A stretch of DNA of 64,000 nt, from assembly GCA_964357615.1 (NCBI GenBank), contig CAYHMC010000001.1, positions 2,602 through 66,601 of the forward strand, read 5' to 3'. Origin of the DNA: an uncultured Candidatus Saccharibacteria bacterium (lineage in GTDB: Bacteria; Patescibacteriota; Minisyncoccia; UBA6257; JACOXY01). The first letter of the stretch is position 1, and each line of letters opens with the position of its first letter. Of this stretch, positions 8,524-17,646 are shown one piece after another. The notes beneath the pieces were generated by a model that saw only the letters and a list, made by a program, of their open reading frames with translations, was not told where the DNA came from and searched no databases. A program made the translations under genes and the position numbers.

Positions 8524-11130
8524 ATGATTAACAAAAAACATATAGGAATTTACTTGGGAATAGCAGTTTTCTTAGGCCTTTTCTTTGCTATAACTCTAAT
8601 AAAGAGTGGTTTTTTGGGGATGATTAAAGAGGTTATAAGCGAGCCAATTGTAATCGAAGGTTACAAAAGCATAGTTTATAACAAAAGTGAGCTTGAAGCT
8701 GGAGTTTTATCAAATAAAAAATCTATTGTATTTAGCTATGATTTGCACGGAGTTTGTCTTTTGGGGGGACCTGCATCTGCCATTACCTTAATTGCAAAAG
8801 ATGAAAAAAAGTATAGTGTTTCACTTTCAGACTATGGTATAAACTGTGCATTTGGTGACCAAGATGCAAAAATATCGCTTAAGGATTTTGGAATTGATCA
8901 GCCACTAGCTAATATTAAATACATCGAAACAAATTTTTGGTATCCAACAACTTATAAATTTGAAATAAAAAGAATCACACTATATAAAACTACAGCAGGT
9001 TTTTTGTATAGCGCTACCAAAAATCTTTTCGCTTCTTTTGGCCTTGGCTCAAGGGTTAGTATTTCTGAATTATCAAGAATTGCTCAAGTATCAACTTCAA
9101 ATTCTACACCAACGCCAATTGTATCGCCAACACCCTTACCAACAACTACATATTACATTGGAGAATATTGGAATACACCTGGACAATTTTCTAATCCAAA
9201 ATTTCCAACCTCAACCCCAACTTTTACAAGAAACGATAATGCTATAAATTTTGTATGGAATCTTGGTTCACCTAACACGGCGATTAGCGTAGATCATTTT
9301 GTTGTTCGCTGGAGTAGGAATGTATTATTTGAAGAGGGAACATATAGATTTTCAGCAACTGTTGATGACGGAGCGCGCGTTTATATAGATAATGAGCTTG
9401 TTATAAATAGGTGGAAAGATCAGCCATCAACTTCATATAAAGCTAACAGGAATATGACAGCAGGTGTTCATTCTATTAAGGTAGAATATTTTGAAAATGC
9501 AGGAGGGGCAGTTATGAAATTTGATTTTCAAAAAATCTCTAGCACAGCTACTCCTACGCCAACACCAACTCCCACACCTACTCCTAAACCAATAATACCA
9601 ACGCCTACGCCAGTAGTTCCTACACTCACGCCAACACCAGTTTTGCCAACGCCTATCCCAACGCCAGTTCCAATTTCTACGCCATTACCACTTGCAACTT
9701 ATTACTTGGGAGAATATTGGAATATACCCGGACAATTTTCAAGCCCAATATTTCCAACTACAGCCCCAATTTTTACGAGAAATGATAGTGCAATAAATTT
9801 TGTTTGGAATGATCTATCGCCGAACTCAACTATAAATGTTGAACATTTTGTGGCTAGATGGCAACGAAATACTCTTTTTGAAGATGGGACTTATAAGTTT
9901 AGTGTTACTTCGGATGACGGAGTGCGCGTCTATGTAGATAATTCTATTATTATAAACCAGTGGAGAGACCAAGGGTCACTTAGCTATTCTGCAGAAATAA
10001 CAATGTCTGCAGGTGCGCATACAATTAGAGTTGAATACTACGAAAATGCAGGAGGCGCTGTTATGAAATTTGATTTTCAAAAAACTTCGCCATCATTTTC
10101 GCCTATACCAACCCCGACTCCAACACCAACGCCTGTTGTGCCAACACCAACTCCTGTTTTGCCAACGCCCACACCAGTAGTAGTGCCAACACCAACTCCA
10201 GTGCTCGGTGGAACTGGAACAGCTCCTCTTTGGTCAATTCGTAGCGTGTCTAGCATGAAGGAAACTAAAGATAAAATTTGTAATCAAGATTCTGCCACAA
10301 CTATAAATTCTTGGGTTAATAGAGCGGTTGAACTTGGAGTTAATTATGTAGCAGTTGAAACTCCATATGATAACCCAGCCTGCGGAAGTAGTGTACTTTA
10401 CACAAAAGCATGGGTTGATGCGATACGCGCAAGGGGGTTAAATGTTTGGCACAGGCATGCGCCTCTTGCATTCGAAGGCATTTATGACACACAAAAAAAT
10501 AGTTCTATAAATTTCCTCAATTTAATTTCGGATTATATTAAAGCAAATCCAACTTTTTTCCGTGCTGGCGATATATTTTCTCCAATACCAGAACCACAAA
10601 ATGGAGGTATAGCTGGTATAACTTATTGTCCACAAAACATTTGTATTTTCTCGGGCGCAGCCAATTTTAATAAATGGCTTCGTGACGCCATGATAGTTTC
10701 TGAATCTGCATTTAGCGAAATAGGACTTGGTGGAAAAATAAAAATTGGATATTACGGTTTCGATGGTTTTGTGGCTTGGGGCGATAATAATCCTGACTGG
10801 AATGGAATTTTAGAGAATTCCACAATTCAAGCAATGGGCAATATTACAATAGACCATTATCCAGAAATTGTTGGTGATACAATGGAAAATGATTTAAATG
10901 AATTGCAGTCTATATATCCTGGTGTTCCAATTATAATTGGTGAATGGGGAACAATAACCGGCGGTGATATAGTTTCGAGTGTTACAAGGTCAATGCAAGC
11001 ATCAGTAAGACCTAGCGTTATTGGTTTTAATTATTGGCATATGGGAATGGGTGGTAATGAAGCTTTGATTAATAGTGATTTTACAAAAAGAGCAAATTTT
11101 GACGCAGTAAAGGCGTTTTTTAGCCAATGA
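8524..11130 (+). CDS. Membrane-anchored surface protein with two PA14 domains, Pro/Thr linkers and a C-terminal clan-A-like glycoside hydrolase domain
   Basis: Two copies of DDG(A/V)RVY(I/V)DN...VEY(F/Y)ENAGG; PT repeats; C-terminal PEP...IDHY...IIIGEWG. Confidence 0.75.
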   Translation: MINKKHIGIYLGIAVFLGLFFAITLIKSGFLGMIKEVISEPIVIEGYKSIVYNKSELEAGVLSNKKSIVFSYDLHGVCLLGGPASAITLIAKDEKKYSVSLSDYGINCAFGDQDAKISLKDFGIDQPLANIKYIETNFWYPTTYKFEIKRITLYKTTAGFLYSATKNLFASFGLGSRVSISELSRIAQVSTSNSTPTPIVSPTPLPTTTYYIGEYWNTPGQFSNPKFPTSTPTFTRNDNAINFVWNLGSPNTAISVDHFVVRWSRNVLFEEGTYRFSATVDDGARVYIDNELVINRWKDQPSTSYKANRNMTAGVHSIKVEYFENAGGAVMKFDFQKISSTATPTPTPTPTPTPKPIIPTPTPVVPTLTPTPVLPTPIPTPVPISTPLPLATYYLGEYWNIPGQFSSPIFPTTAPIFTRNDSAINFVWNDLSPNSTINVEHFVARWQRNTLFEDGTYKFSVTSDDGVRVYVDNSIIINQWRDQGSLSYSAEITMSAGAHTIRVEYYENAGGAVMKFDFQKTSPSFSPIPTPTPTPTPVVPTPTPVLPTPTPVVVPTPTPVLGGTGTAPLWSIRSVSSMKETKDKICNQDSATTINSWVNRAVELGVNYVAVETPYDNPACGSSVLYTKAWVDAIRARGLNVWHRHAPLAFEGIYDTQKNSSINFLNLISDYIKANPTFFRAGDIFSPIPEPQNGGIAGITYCPQNICIFSGAANFNKWLRDAMIVSESAFSEIGLGGKIKIGYYGFDGFVAWGDNNPDWNGILENSTIQAMGNITIDHYPEIVGDTMENDLNELQSIYPGVPIIIGEWGTITGGDIVSSVTRSMQASVRPSVIGFNYWHMGMGGNEALINSDFTKRANFDAVKAFFSQ
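9151..10083 (+). repeat. Internal duplication of the PA14 domain (about 9151-9534 and 9700-10083) separated by a PT linker
   Basis: YYIGEYWNTPGQFS...MKFDFQK versus YYLGEYWNIPGQFS...MKFDFQK. Confidence 0.9.
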
Positions 11131-12383
11131 TTTATCGAAAGAATTTAAAATTTTTCTTATTATTTACATTCTTAATTGCATTACCAAATCTTACTTACTC
11201 TGCATCTCCACGCAATATTTTTTGGCCAGTTCAAGCGGTTGATACTGTAAAATATTCAAGAGACTTAGCAAGGGAAAAATTAAATAACGAAAGTTTTGAC
11301 GCAGTTATAAATAAACAAGTTGTAAATATTGCATCGCTTGGTGCTACTCATATCGTAATTGCAACGCCATACGATAAAGAATTTTTTCCTTTTTTAAAGC
11401 GTTGGGTTAACGCAGGAAGAAAAAATAATCTTAAAATTTGGTTTCGTGGTAATTGGTCTGGCTGGGAGGGTTGGTTTAGTTATGGAGTCATAAGTAGAGA
11501 GGAGCACATAAGCAAAACAAAGAATTTCATTTTAGATAACCCAGACTTATTTGAGAGTGGTGATATTTTTACAGCGTGCCCAGAGTGTGAAAATGGCGGA
11601 CCTACTGGAGACCCGCGTTTTAGTGGCGATGTAGCTGGTCATCGAAAATTTTTAATTGACGAACATAATGTAATGGCCAGTTCTTTTAAGAAAATCGGCA
11701 AGAATGTGGTTTATAATTTTAATTCAATGAATGGAGATGTGGCTAGATTAATTATGGATAAAGCCACGACTAAAGCATTGGGCGGCGTAGTAACTATTGA
11801 CCATTATGTGAGAACATCAGAAAAGCTTGTTTCTGATATTAAAGACTTTTCTGAAAAAAGTGGGGGAAAGGTTGTTTTGGGTGAAATAGGTGTACCAATA
11901 CCAGATATTCATGGGCGTTTGAATGATAGCGAACAAGCAAAGTGGATGGATGACACTTTAAATAAATTAGTCAAAATGCCAGAAGTAATAGGCATAAATT
12001 ACTGGTTAAGTTATGGGGGATCTACAAGTTTGTGGAGTGAAAAAGGAAACATAAAACCAATAGCAGGAACTATAAAAAATTTTTATAAACCAAAATTACT
12101 AACTGGTTATATTATGGACGCACTAGATAAACCAATTTCTAACGCAAGCATTAAAAATGGATATGCGACATCAACCTCAGAGAGTAATGGATATTTTGAA
12201 ATTCCATATATATATTCCGAATCATCACTCAACTTAAATATTAGTGCTAATGAATATAATATTAAAAATATTGCAATAAAAAATCTGGGGGATATACAAG
12301 AAATCAAATTAGACAAAATTGATAGTGGCTTTTGGTTTAATGTAGTTAAATCCATTAGGAATTTTTTCGCTTTTTTATATTAA
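11127..12383 (+). CDS. Secreted clan-A-like glycoside hydrolase with C-terminal beta-sandwich (carboxypeptidase-regulatory-like) domain
   Basis: Signal peptide; GDIFTACPECENGG, TIDHY and VVLGEIG parallel the upstream gene; ATGA-coupled. Confidence 0.6.
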   Translation: MIYRKNLKFFLLFTFLIALPNLTYSASPRNIFWPVQAVDTVKYSRDLAREKLNNESFDAVINKQVVNIASLGATHIVIATPYDKEFFPFLKRWVNAGRKNNLKIWFRGNWSGWEGWFSYGVISREEHISKTKNFILDNPDLFESGDIFTACPECENGGPTGDPRFSGDVAGHRKFLIDEHNVMASSFKKIGKNVVYNFNSMNGDVARLIMDKATTKALGGVVTIDHYVRTSEKLVSDIKDFSEKSGGKVVLGEIGVPIPDIHGRLNDSEQAKWMDDTLNKLVKMPEVIGINYWLSYGGSTSLWSEKGNIKPIAGTIKNFYKPKLLTGYIMDALDKPISNASIKNGYATSTSESNGYFEIPYIYSESSLNLNISANEYNIKNIAIKNLGDIQEIKLDKIDSGFWFNVVKSIRNFFAFLY

Positions 12384-12480
12384 GGAATAATTTTGAGGAT
12401 TAAATTATACCCTTGGCACATTGATAAAAATATTGATATTTATGCCATTTTTGCCTTATAAAGTAGCGCTAAATGGTTAT

Positions 12481-12509
12481 TTGACATATTCTAAATATTG
12501 TGATACAAT
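12481..12509 (+). promoter_or_regulatory. sigma70-type promoter
   Basis: TTGACA-17 nt-TACAAT with TG extension. Confidence 0.7.
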
Positions 12510-12595
12510 ATATACTAATTAAAGAACTGATCGAAAGCCCACTAAATTGAGCTTTTTATATAGGAAATTATTATTAATAATATAGATTATCGAAT

Positions 12596-14356
12596 ATGTT
12601 AAAAAATCTACACATAAAGAGAGTTGAATTCAGGAATATGATTATTATTAGCGTTGCAGTCGCTTATTTAGCGGTTTCTATAGTACTGAACCCAGCTCAA
12701 GTGTTTGCTGCAATAAATACTAAATTTTACCCAAATACTACATGCACAGGATCGGATGCAATATCATTTGTTCTAAGCACAGATGTATGTGTAAAATCTA
12801 CTGGTTTAGGAAGTAGCCATAATCATTTTATTAATATTTATAGTCCGTTAGATTCGGTAAATCCATTCACTAATTCAACAACTGGAACAGGCAATCGCGA
12901 AATTGCATTTCAGCCTAATGTTTGTGGAACATGGACAGCAAAAGTAATTAAAGAATCTGATAGTTCACTACAAGATTCAGCAACTTTTGCGGTAACTGGA
13001 TGTGTAACTCCAACACCATTTCCGTCTGCAACACCAACGCCAACTCCAGTAGTAAGTTCTACTCCAACACCATCTGCAACTCCAGTTGTATCTCCAACAC
13101 CAGAAATTACGCCAGCTTTAAGTCCAACACCAACTGCCGAACCAATTTCTACACCATCTGCAACACCAACCCCTACAATTGCACCAACTTCTACGCCAAC
13201 TCCATCTACAACCCCAACACCATTAGTTAACTTACATTTTATAAAAGTTTTGTGTCCGGCTTACTCTGATTTAACTGGAAACGCAGATGCAGATAAACAT
13301 GACGCAACTGGAGGTTTTTTCACAAATTTTATAAATTATATTTTATCAATTCCTCATTTTGCTAATCCATATGCGCTAAGTCCAATAGATCCATCTGAAA
13401 TCCCAGAAGTTTGTACAAGATTATCAGGTTGGAGTTTTAAACTTTCTTCTGATGAATCACAAACAGGCGATGTTCAAGTTGTTGGTGGAACTGATATTAA
13501 TGGTGAAATTAATATAACTTCTAATGATTTGAATGTAACATTAAAGAATCTTTTGCTTAGTAATAACAAAGTTTGGATAAGCGAAGTTCAAAATACTAGT
13601 GTGGCAAAATTTGGAGCAATTCGTTGCTATAAAGATGCTGTAAATGGAGATAATCTTGAGTACTTACAATTTAGTTCAGTTCCAAGTGATGTGTATTGTA
13701 TTGCATACAATGTGCCATTATCAACGCCTGTACCAACTCCATCTGCAACTCCAACTAATAGTCCAGCACCAGTAATAAGTTCAACTCCAAGTCCAATAGC
13801 TACACCAACCCCAGAAGTTTCTCCTACACCAAGCTCTTCACCAACAGCTACTCCAACTCCAGAATCAACACCAGCCAGTTCAGGCGGTGGAGGAGGTGGA
13901 AATGGCGGTGGAGGTAGTAATGGTGGAAGTAATAATCCTGGAATTGGATCACCTCAACCAGCAGAAGGATTCGTTGATTTTTCTGGTGGTCAGGTTGCAG
14001 GAGCAAATACTGGAGGAGAAGTACTTGGCGCATCAACAAACGCATGCACAAAATATATGGAGGATTATATAAAACTTGGCAAGAAAAATAGAATAGACCA
14101 AGTTATAAAACTTCAAACATTTTTGAATAGTCACATGAAAGCAAATCTTCCTGTAACTGGTTTTTATGGAAACATTACTGCTAAAGCTGTTAATGATTTC
14201 CAATTAAAATATTCAGAAGATGTACTTGCTCCTTGGGTGCCTCATGGACTTAAGTCGGCACAAACCCCAACCAGTTATGTTTATAAAACCACATTATGGA
14301 AAATAAATATGATAATGTGTCCTAGCTTGGGGATTGGTGAGCCAATGCTTCCATAA
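12596..14356 (+). CDS. Secreted Pro/Thr-rich surface protein with C-terminal peptidoglycan-binding-like domain
   Basis: Signal peptide, two PT tracts, Gly-rich linker, QVIKLQTFLN...TGFYGNITAKAVNDFQ. Confidence 0.75.
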   Translation: MLKNLHIKRVEFRNMIIISVAVAYLAVSIVLNPAQVFAAINTKFYPNTTCTGSDAISFVLSTDVCVKSTGLGSSHNHFINIYSPLDSVNPFTNSTTGTGNREIAFQPNVCGTWTAKVIKESDSSLQDSATFAVTGCVTPTPFPSATPTPTPVVSSTPTPSATPVVSPTPEITPALSPTPTAEPISTPSATPTPTIAPTSTPTPSTTPTPLVNLHFIKVLCPAYSDLTGNADADKHDATGGFFTNFINYILSIPHFANPYALSPIDPSEIPEVCTRLSGWSFKLSSDESQTGDVQVVGGTDINGEINITSNDLNVTLKNLLLSNNKVWISEVQNTSVAKFGAIRCYKDAVNGDNLEYLQFSSVPSDVYCIAYNVPLSTPVPTPSATPTNSPAPVISSTPSPIATPTPEVSPTPSSSPTATPTPESTPASSGGGGGGNGGGGSNGGSNNPGIGSPQPAEGFVDFSGGQVAGANTGGEVLGASTNACTKYMEDYIKLGKKNRIDQVIKLQTFLNSHMKANLPVTGFYGNITAKAVNDFQLKYSEDVLAPWVPHGLKSAQTPTSYVYKTTLWKINMIMCPSLGIGEPMLP

Positions 14357-14374
14357 TTCTTAAAATTAAGACTT

Positions 14375-14410
14375 AAAATCCGTTCCGCCAGCTGGCGGAG
14401 CGGGTTTTTT
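14375..14410 (+). terminator. Intrinsic terminator with a TCCGCCAGCTGGCGGA palindromic core
   Basis: AAAATCCGTTCCGCCAG/CTGGCGGAGCGGGTTTT followed by a T-run, just after stop 14356. Confidence 0.8.
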
Positions 14411-14428
14411 AGTATAGGGCTGTGTATA

Positions 14429-14457
14429 TTGCAAAAAAACAAAATATGTGTTATAAT
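14429..14457 (+). promoter_or_regulatory. sigma70-type promoter
   Basis: TTGCAA-17 nt-TATAAT with TG extension. Confidence 0.6.
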
Positions 14458-14526
14458 ATACACATGTAAATGGTATAATAAAAGAACCGGCAATTTGAAT
14501 CGAATTTAAGCAAATATATTAAAAAT

Positions 14527-15570
14527 ATGAGGAAAACCTTAAAAAAATACTTCATACCCCATAAGGAAAACGATCACAGGCCACATATCCTTCGTAAAGA
14601 AGCAACTTTATTTTTTATAGCAGTTATTTTTGTTATTGAGTTATTCTTTTTGGCTGGTGTAAATTATTCCCCAGAGTATAGGGGCTATTTTGCAAGCATA
14701 ATAAGAGGAGTTTTAGTTGACGAAACGAACATCAATCGCGTTAGGCAAAATTTAGAATCTCTAGAAACTAATCCGCTTTTAGAATTTGCGGCAGAGGAAA
14801 AAGCAAAAGATATGGCGCTAAAGGGATATTTTTCTCATGTTGGACCAGAAGGCAAAACACCGTGGCAGTGGTTAGGGGAAGCTGGATATGAATATAGTTA
14901 TGCTGGCGAAAATTTAGCTGTTAATTTTATAGACTCACAAGATGTTGTAAATGCATGGATGAATTCAGAAGGACACAGGGCAAATATTTTGAATGGCAAA
15001 TATACAGAAATTGGTATAGGTACCGCTACAGGAACATATAAAGGAAGAGAAACCGTTTTTATTGCTCAATACTTTGGAAAACCACTTGCTCGGCCAACAA
15101 TTAATGTTGCGCCAGTTATAAATGTTGCTAAGGCGGCATCTTCGTCAGAAATTACTAAAGTAAATTTGAGCACCGTATCAACTACAAAAGAAAATACAAG
15201 CAACGAAAGCAAAATTGTTCTAGGAGAAACCATAAATACTAATCAAAGTTCAACTGAAGAGTCTCATTTTTTAGCTATTGTAAACACAGAAGTGCCCGAA
15301 GAGCAATCAGAAATTAAGGTGAGCAGTGGAGCAGTGGTTAGGAAATCAAATATTATTAAGAAAACACTTTCTGCGCCAAAGTCAGTAGTAAACGACCTAC
15401 TTTCAGTTTTTGGTTTTATCATACTTCTAGCTTTGATACTAAAGATTTTTATAAAAGTAGAAATACAGCATCCAATATTAATTATGAATGGTGTGATTTT
15501 AATTACTTTAATTGTATCTGCGTTGTTTTTAAATAAATATATTGGTTATATAAATGCTCAAATATTGTAG
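14527..15570 (+). CDS. CAP/SCP (YkwD-like) domain membrane protein
   Basis: KAKDMALKGYFSH, AGENLA, WMNSEGHRANIL; N- and C-terminal TM segments. Confidence 0.9.
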   Translation: MRKTLKKYFIPHKENDHRPHILRKEATLFFIAVIFVIELFFLAGVNYSPEYRGYFASIIRGVLVDETNINRVRQNLESLETNPLLEFAAEEKAKDMALKGYFSHVGPEGKTPWQWLGEAGYEYSYAGENLAVNFIDSQDVVNAWMNSEGHRANILNGKYTEIGIGTATGTYKGRETVFIAQYFGKPLARPTINVAPVINVAKAASSSEITKVNLSTVSTTKENTSNESKIVLGETINTNQSSTEESHFLAIVNTEVPEEQSEIKVSSGAVVRKSNIIKKTLSAPKSVVNDLLSVFGFIILLALILKIFIKVEIQHPILIMNGVILITLIVSALFLNKYIGYINAQIL

Positions 15571-15582
15571 TTTAAAATAAAA

Positions 15583-16812
15583 ATGATTTTACTAATTACT
15601 CTATCTTCTGCGATTATCGTAGTTGTTGGAATTATAAATATGGTGGAAGCTGCCTTATTTTCGTATCCACTTTATAAGGCAAGGTTAAATGTATCTCAAA
15701 ATAAATTTAATGCAAAAAGAGCCCTCGCAATTAGAGAAAATCCTTTTAAAACAATTGCAGCTGGTGTGATACTTTCTTCATCGGCTAATATTATTGGTAG
15801 CGTTATTGTGGGTTCTATAGCGGCTAGAGAATATGAAAGCATCGGAGTTGGAGTATTTGGAGCATTGCTTACATTTTTTACAATTACACTATCTGAAATT
15901 ATTCCTAAAAATATAGGTGAAAGATGGAGTCATGTTATATTTCCAATAGCCGCAACTCCACTTTATTGGCTTACCGTTATTCTTACTCCACTTGTATGGT
16001 TCTTTGAGACAATTTCTAAGCCATTTACTTTCGGCGTTTCACCATTTCTTACTTCTGAAGATGAGATTACTTTGCTTACAAAAGAAGGCGCCAAAGAAGG
16101 AACAATTGAGACACGCGAAGCAGAAATGATTCAGCGTGTTTTTAAGCTTAACGATGTTACAGCTGGAGATATGATGACCCCAAAACCATTTGTAAAGTTT
16201 ATTAATGGTGAAAAAACTATTCGTGAAATTAAAGATGATATATTTAAAATGGAGCACTCAAGAATTCCAGTTTATAAAGATGACACCAATCAGGTTACTG
16301 GTATTGTTCATCTTAAGGATTTGTTGAAAGCTATTGCGCTTGGAGATGTAGATAAAAAAGTTGTAACTTTGGCTCGCAAAGCCCTTACGGTATCTGACGC
16401 AAGAGTGGGAGATGATTTGTTAAATGATTTTCGTGAAAATAGATCGCATTTAGCATTGGTTATAAGTGAGTATGGAAACATTGTTGGCGTAGTTGGTCTT
16501 GAAGATGTCATAGAGGAACTTGTTGGTGAGATTATTGACGAGAAAGATGTGGTACCACAAACTATTAAGCGTATTTCGCGTAGCGAAGTCTTAGCTCATG
16601 GTCAAACAAAAATTTCTAATCTTAATCATTTTTTCAATCTAAACATACACTCAAAGAAAACATTGCATGGTTATTTATCGGAACAATTTGGCTATTTACC
16701 TAAGCAGGGTGAAAAAATTACTGCTGATGATTCAGATTTTCTGATTGAAGAAGTAATGGGTCATGAAATTACTAAAGTTCGCATTATTAAAAAAACTAAT
16801 CCTTTAAATTAA
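15583..16812 (+). CDS. HlyC/CorC family (CNNM + CBS pair + CorC) transporter
   Basis: SEIIPK, DMMTP, HSRIPVY, EYGNIVGVVGLEDVIEELVGEIIDE. Confidence 0.92.
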   Translation: MILLITLSSAIIVVVGIINMVEAALFSYPLYKARLNVSQNKFNAKRALAIRENPFKTIAAGVILSSSANIIGSVIVGSIAAREYESIGVGVFGALLTFFTITLSEIIPKNIGERWSHVIFPIAATPLYWLTVILTPLVWFFETISKPFTFGVSPFLTSEDEITLLTKEGAKEGTIETREAEMIQRVFKLNDVTAGDMMTPKPFVKFINGEKTIREIKDDIFKMEHSRIPVYKDDTNQVTGIVHLKDLLKAIALGDVDKKVVTLARKALTVSDARVGDDLLNDFRENRSHLALVISEYGNIVGVVGLEDVIEELVGEIIDEKDVVPQTIKRISRSEVLAHGQTKISNLNHFFNLNIHSKKTLHGYLSEQFGYLPKQGEKITADDSDFLIEEVMGHEITKVRIIKKTNPLN

Positions 16813-16833
16813 ATATTTAAAGCAAATTTAACT

Positions 16834-17181
16834 ATGAAAGAAAAAGATTTTGATTACGAAAGTAAGCCACCTGAATTTAGATATGAAATAAGTGATGCAA
16901 AATTGCAATCAATTCAAGCTGTAACTAAAAAATTTGAGATTGCATTAGAGTCAATGCATGAAAACTTATCTGAATTAAAAATAATATATAGCAGAAGCAA
17001 ATCGAAAAACGATAAAACTAAATTATCCGAAGAAATTACTAAATATGAAGAAGCAATAGAGACAAATAATAAAATTTTAAGAGAATTTTATAACGCAATA
17101 AATTATTGGGAAATTGAACTTGAAAAAGGCGCAACAGAAATATTGCTCAAATTTAAGATTGACGATATTTTGCCAAATTGA
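16834..17181 (+). CDS. Hypothetical coiled-coil protein
   Basis: 115-aa ORF in operon orientation; no recognised motif. Confidence 0.55.
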   Translation: MKEKDFDYESKPPEFRYEISDAKLQSIQAVTKKFEIALESMHENLSELKIIYSRSKSKNDKTKLSEEITKYEEAIETNNKILREFYNAINYWEIELEKGATEILLKFKIDDILPN

Positions 17182-17191
17182 AACTGCTATT

Positions 17192-17542
17192 ATGTTGCCA
17201 AAGTATTATTTTACAAAACACGCATTATACAAAATGAAATTTTATCGTTTGTCAGGACAAATGATTAAAGGAGTTATGGCAAGGCCAAAACGCACCGAAG
17301 AGGGTATTGCGCCAAAGACCGTCGTGTATATGAAACAGGTTGGCAACAAAACTAAACCTCATGAAATTTGGGTTATGGTTGCCAAAAGTGAAATGAAGAG
17401 AGAAAAAGATAATGTGTTTGAAAAAAATAGATTCAAATCAAGTATAATAAATATTGTTTCGGCTTGGAGATACCCAGGGGTTACCAAACCAGGCAAAGCA
17501 CTTCCAAAGGAAATTCTTCGTGAAATTGCAGAAGTTGAATAA
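17192..17542 (+). CDS. Small basic protein, DUF4258-like
   Basis: FTKHALYKM N-terminus and IVSAWRYPG C-terminus; ATG 17192 avoids overlap with the upstream gene. Confidence 0.55.
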   Translation: MLPKYYFTKHALYKMKFYRLSGQMIKGVMARPKRTEEGIAPKTVVYMKQVGNKTKPHEIWVMVAKSEMKREKDNVFEKNRFKSSIINIVSAWRYPGVTKPGKALPKEILREIAEVE

Positions 17543-17646
17543 TCTTTTGATTTTCAACTTATATAAGTCAGCTTCTTTGTTGCTTATATTTAGCTGTGGT
17601 ACAATGTAATCTTGCTTTAATTTTTGGTTAGAGGGCAAGAATTAAT

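Noticed and set aside
9541-13870. CCAAC-rich repeats as a DNA-level array
   Set aside because: They are in-frame Pro/Thr linkers with synonymous variation.
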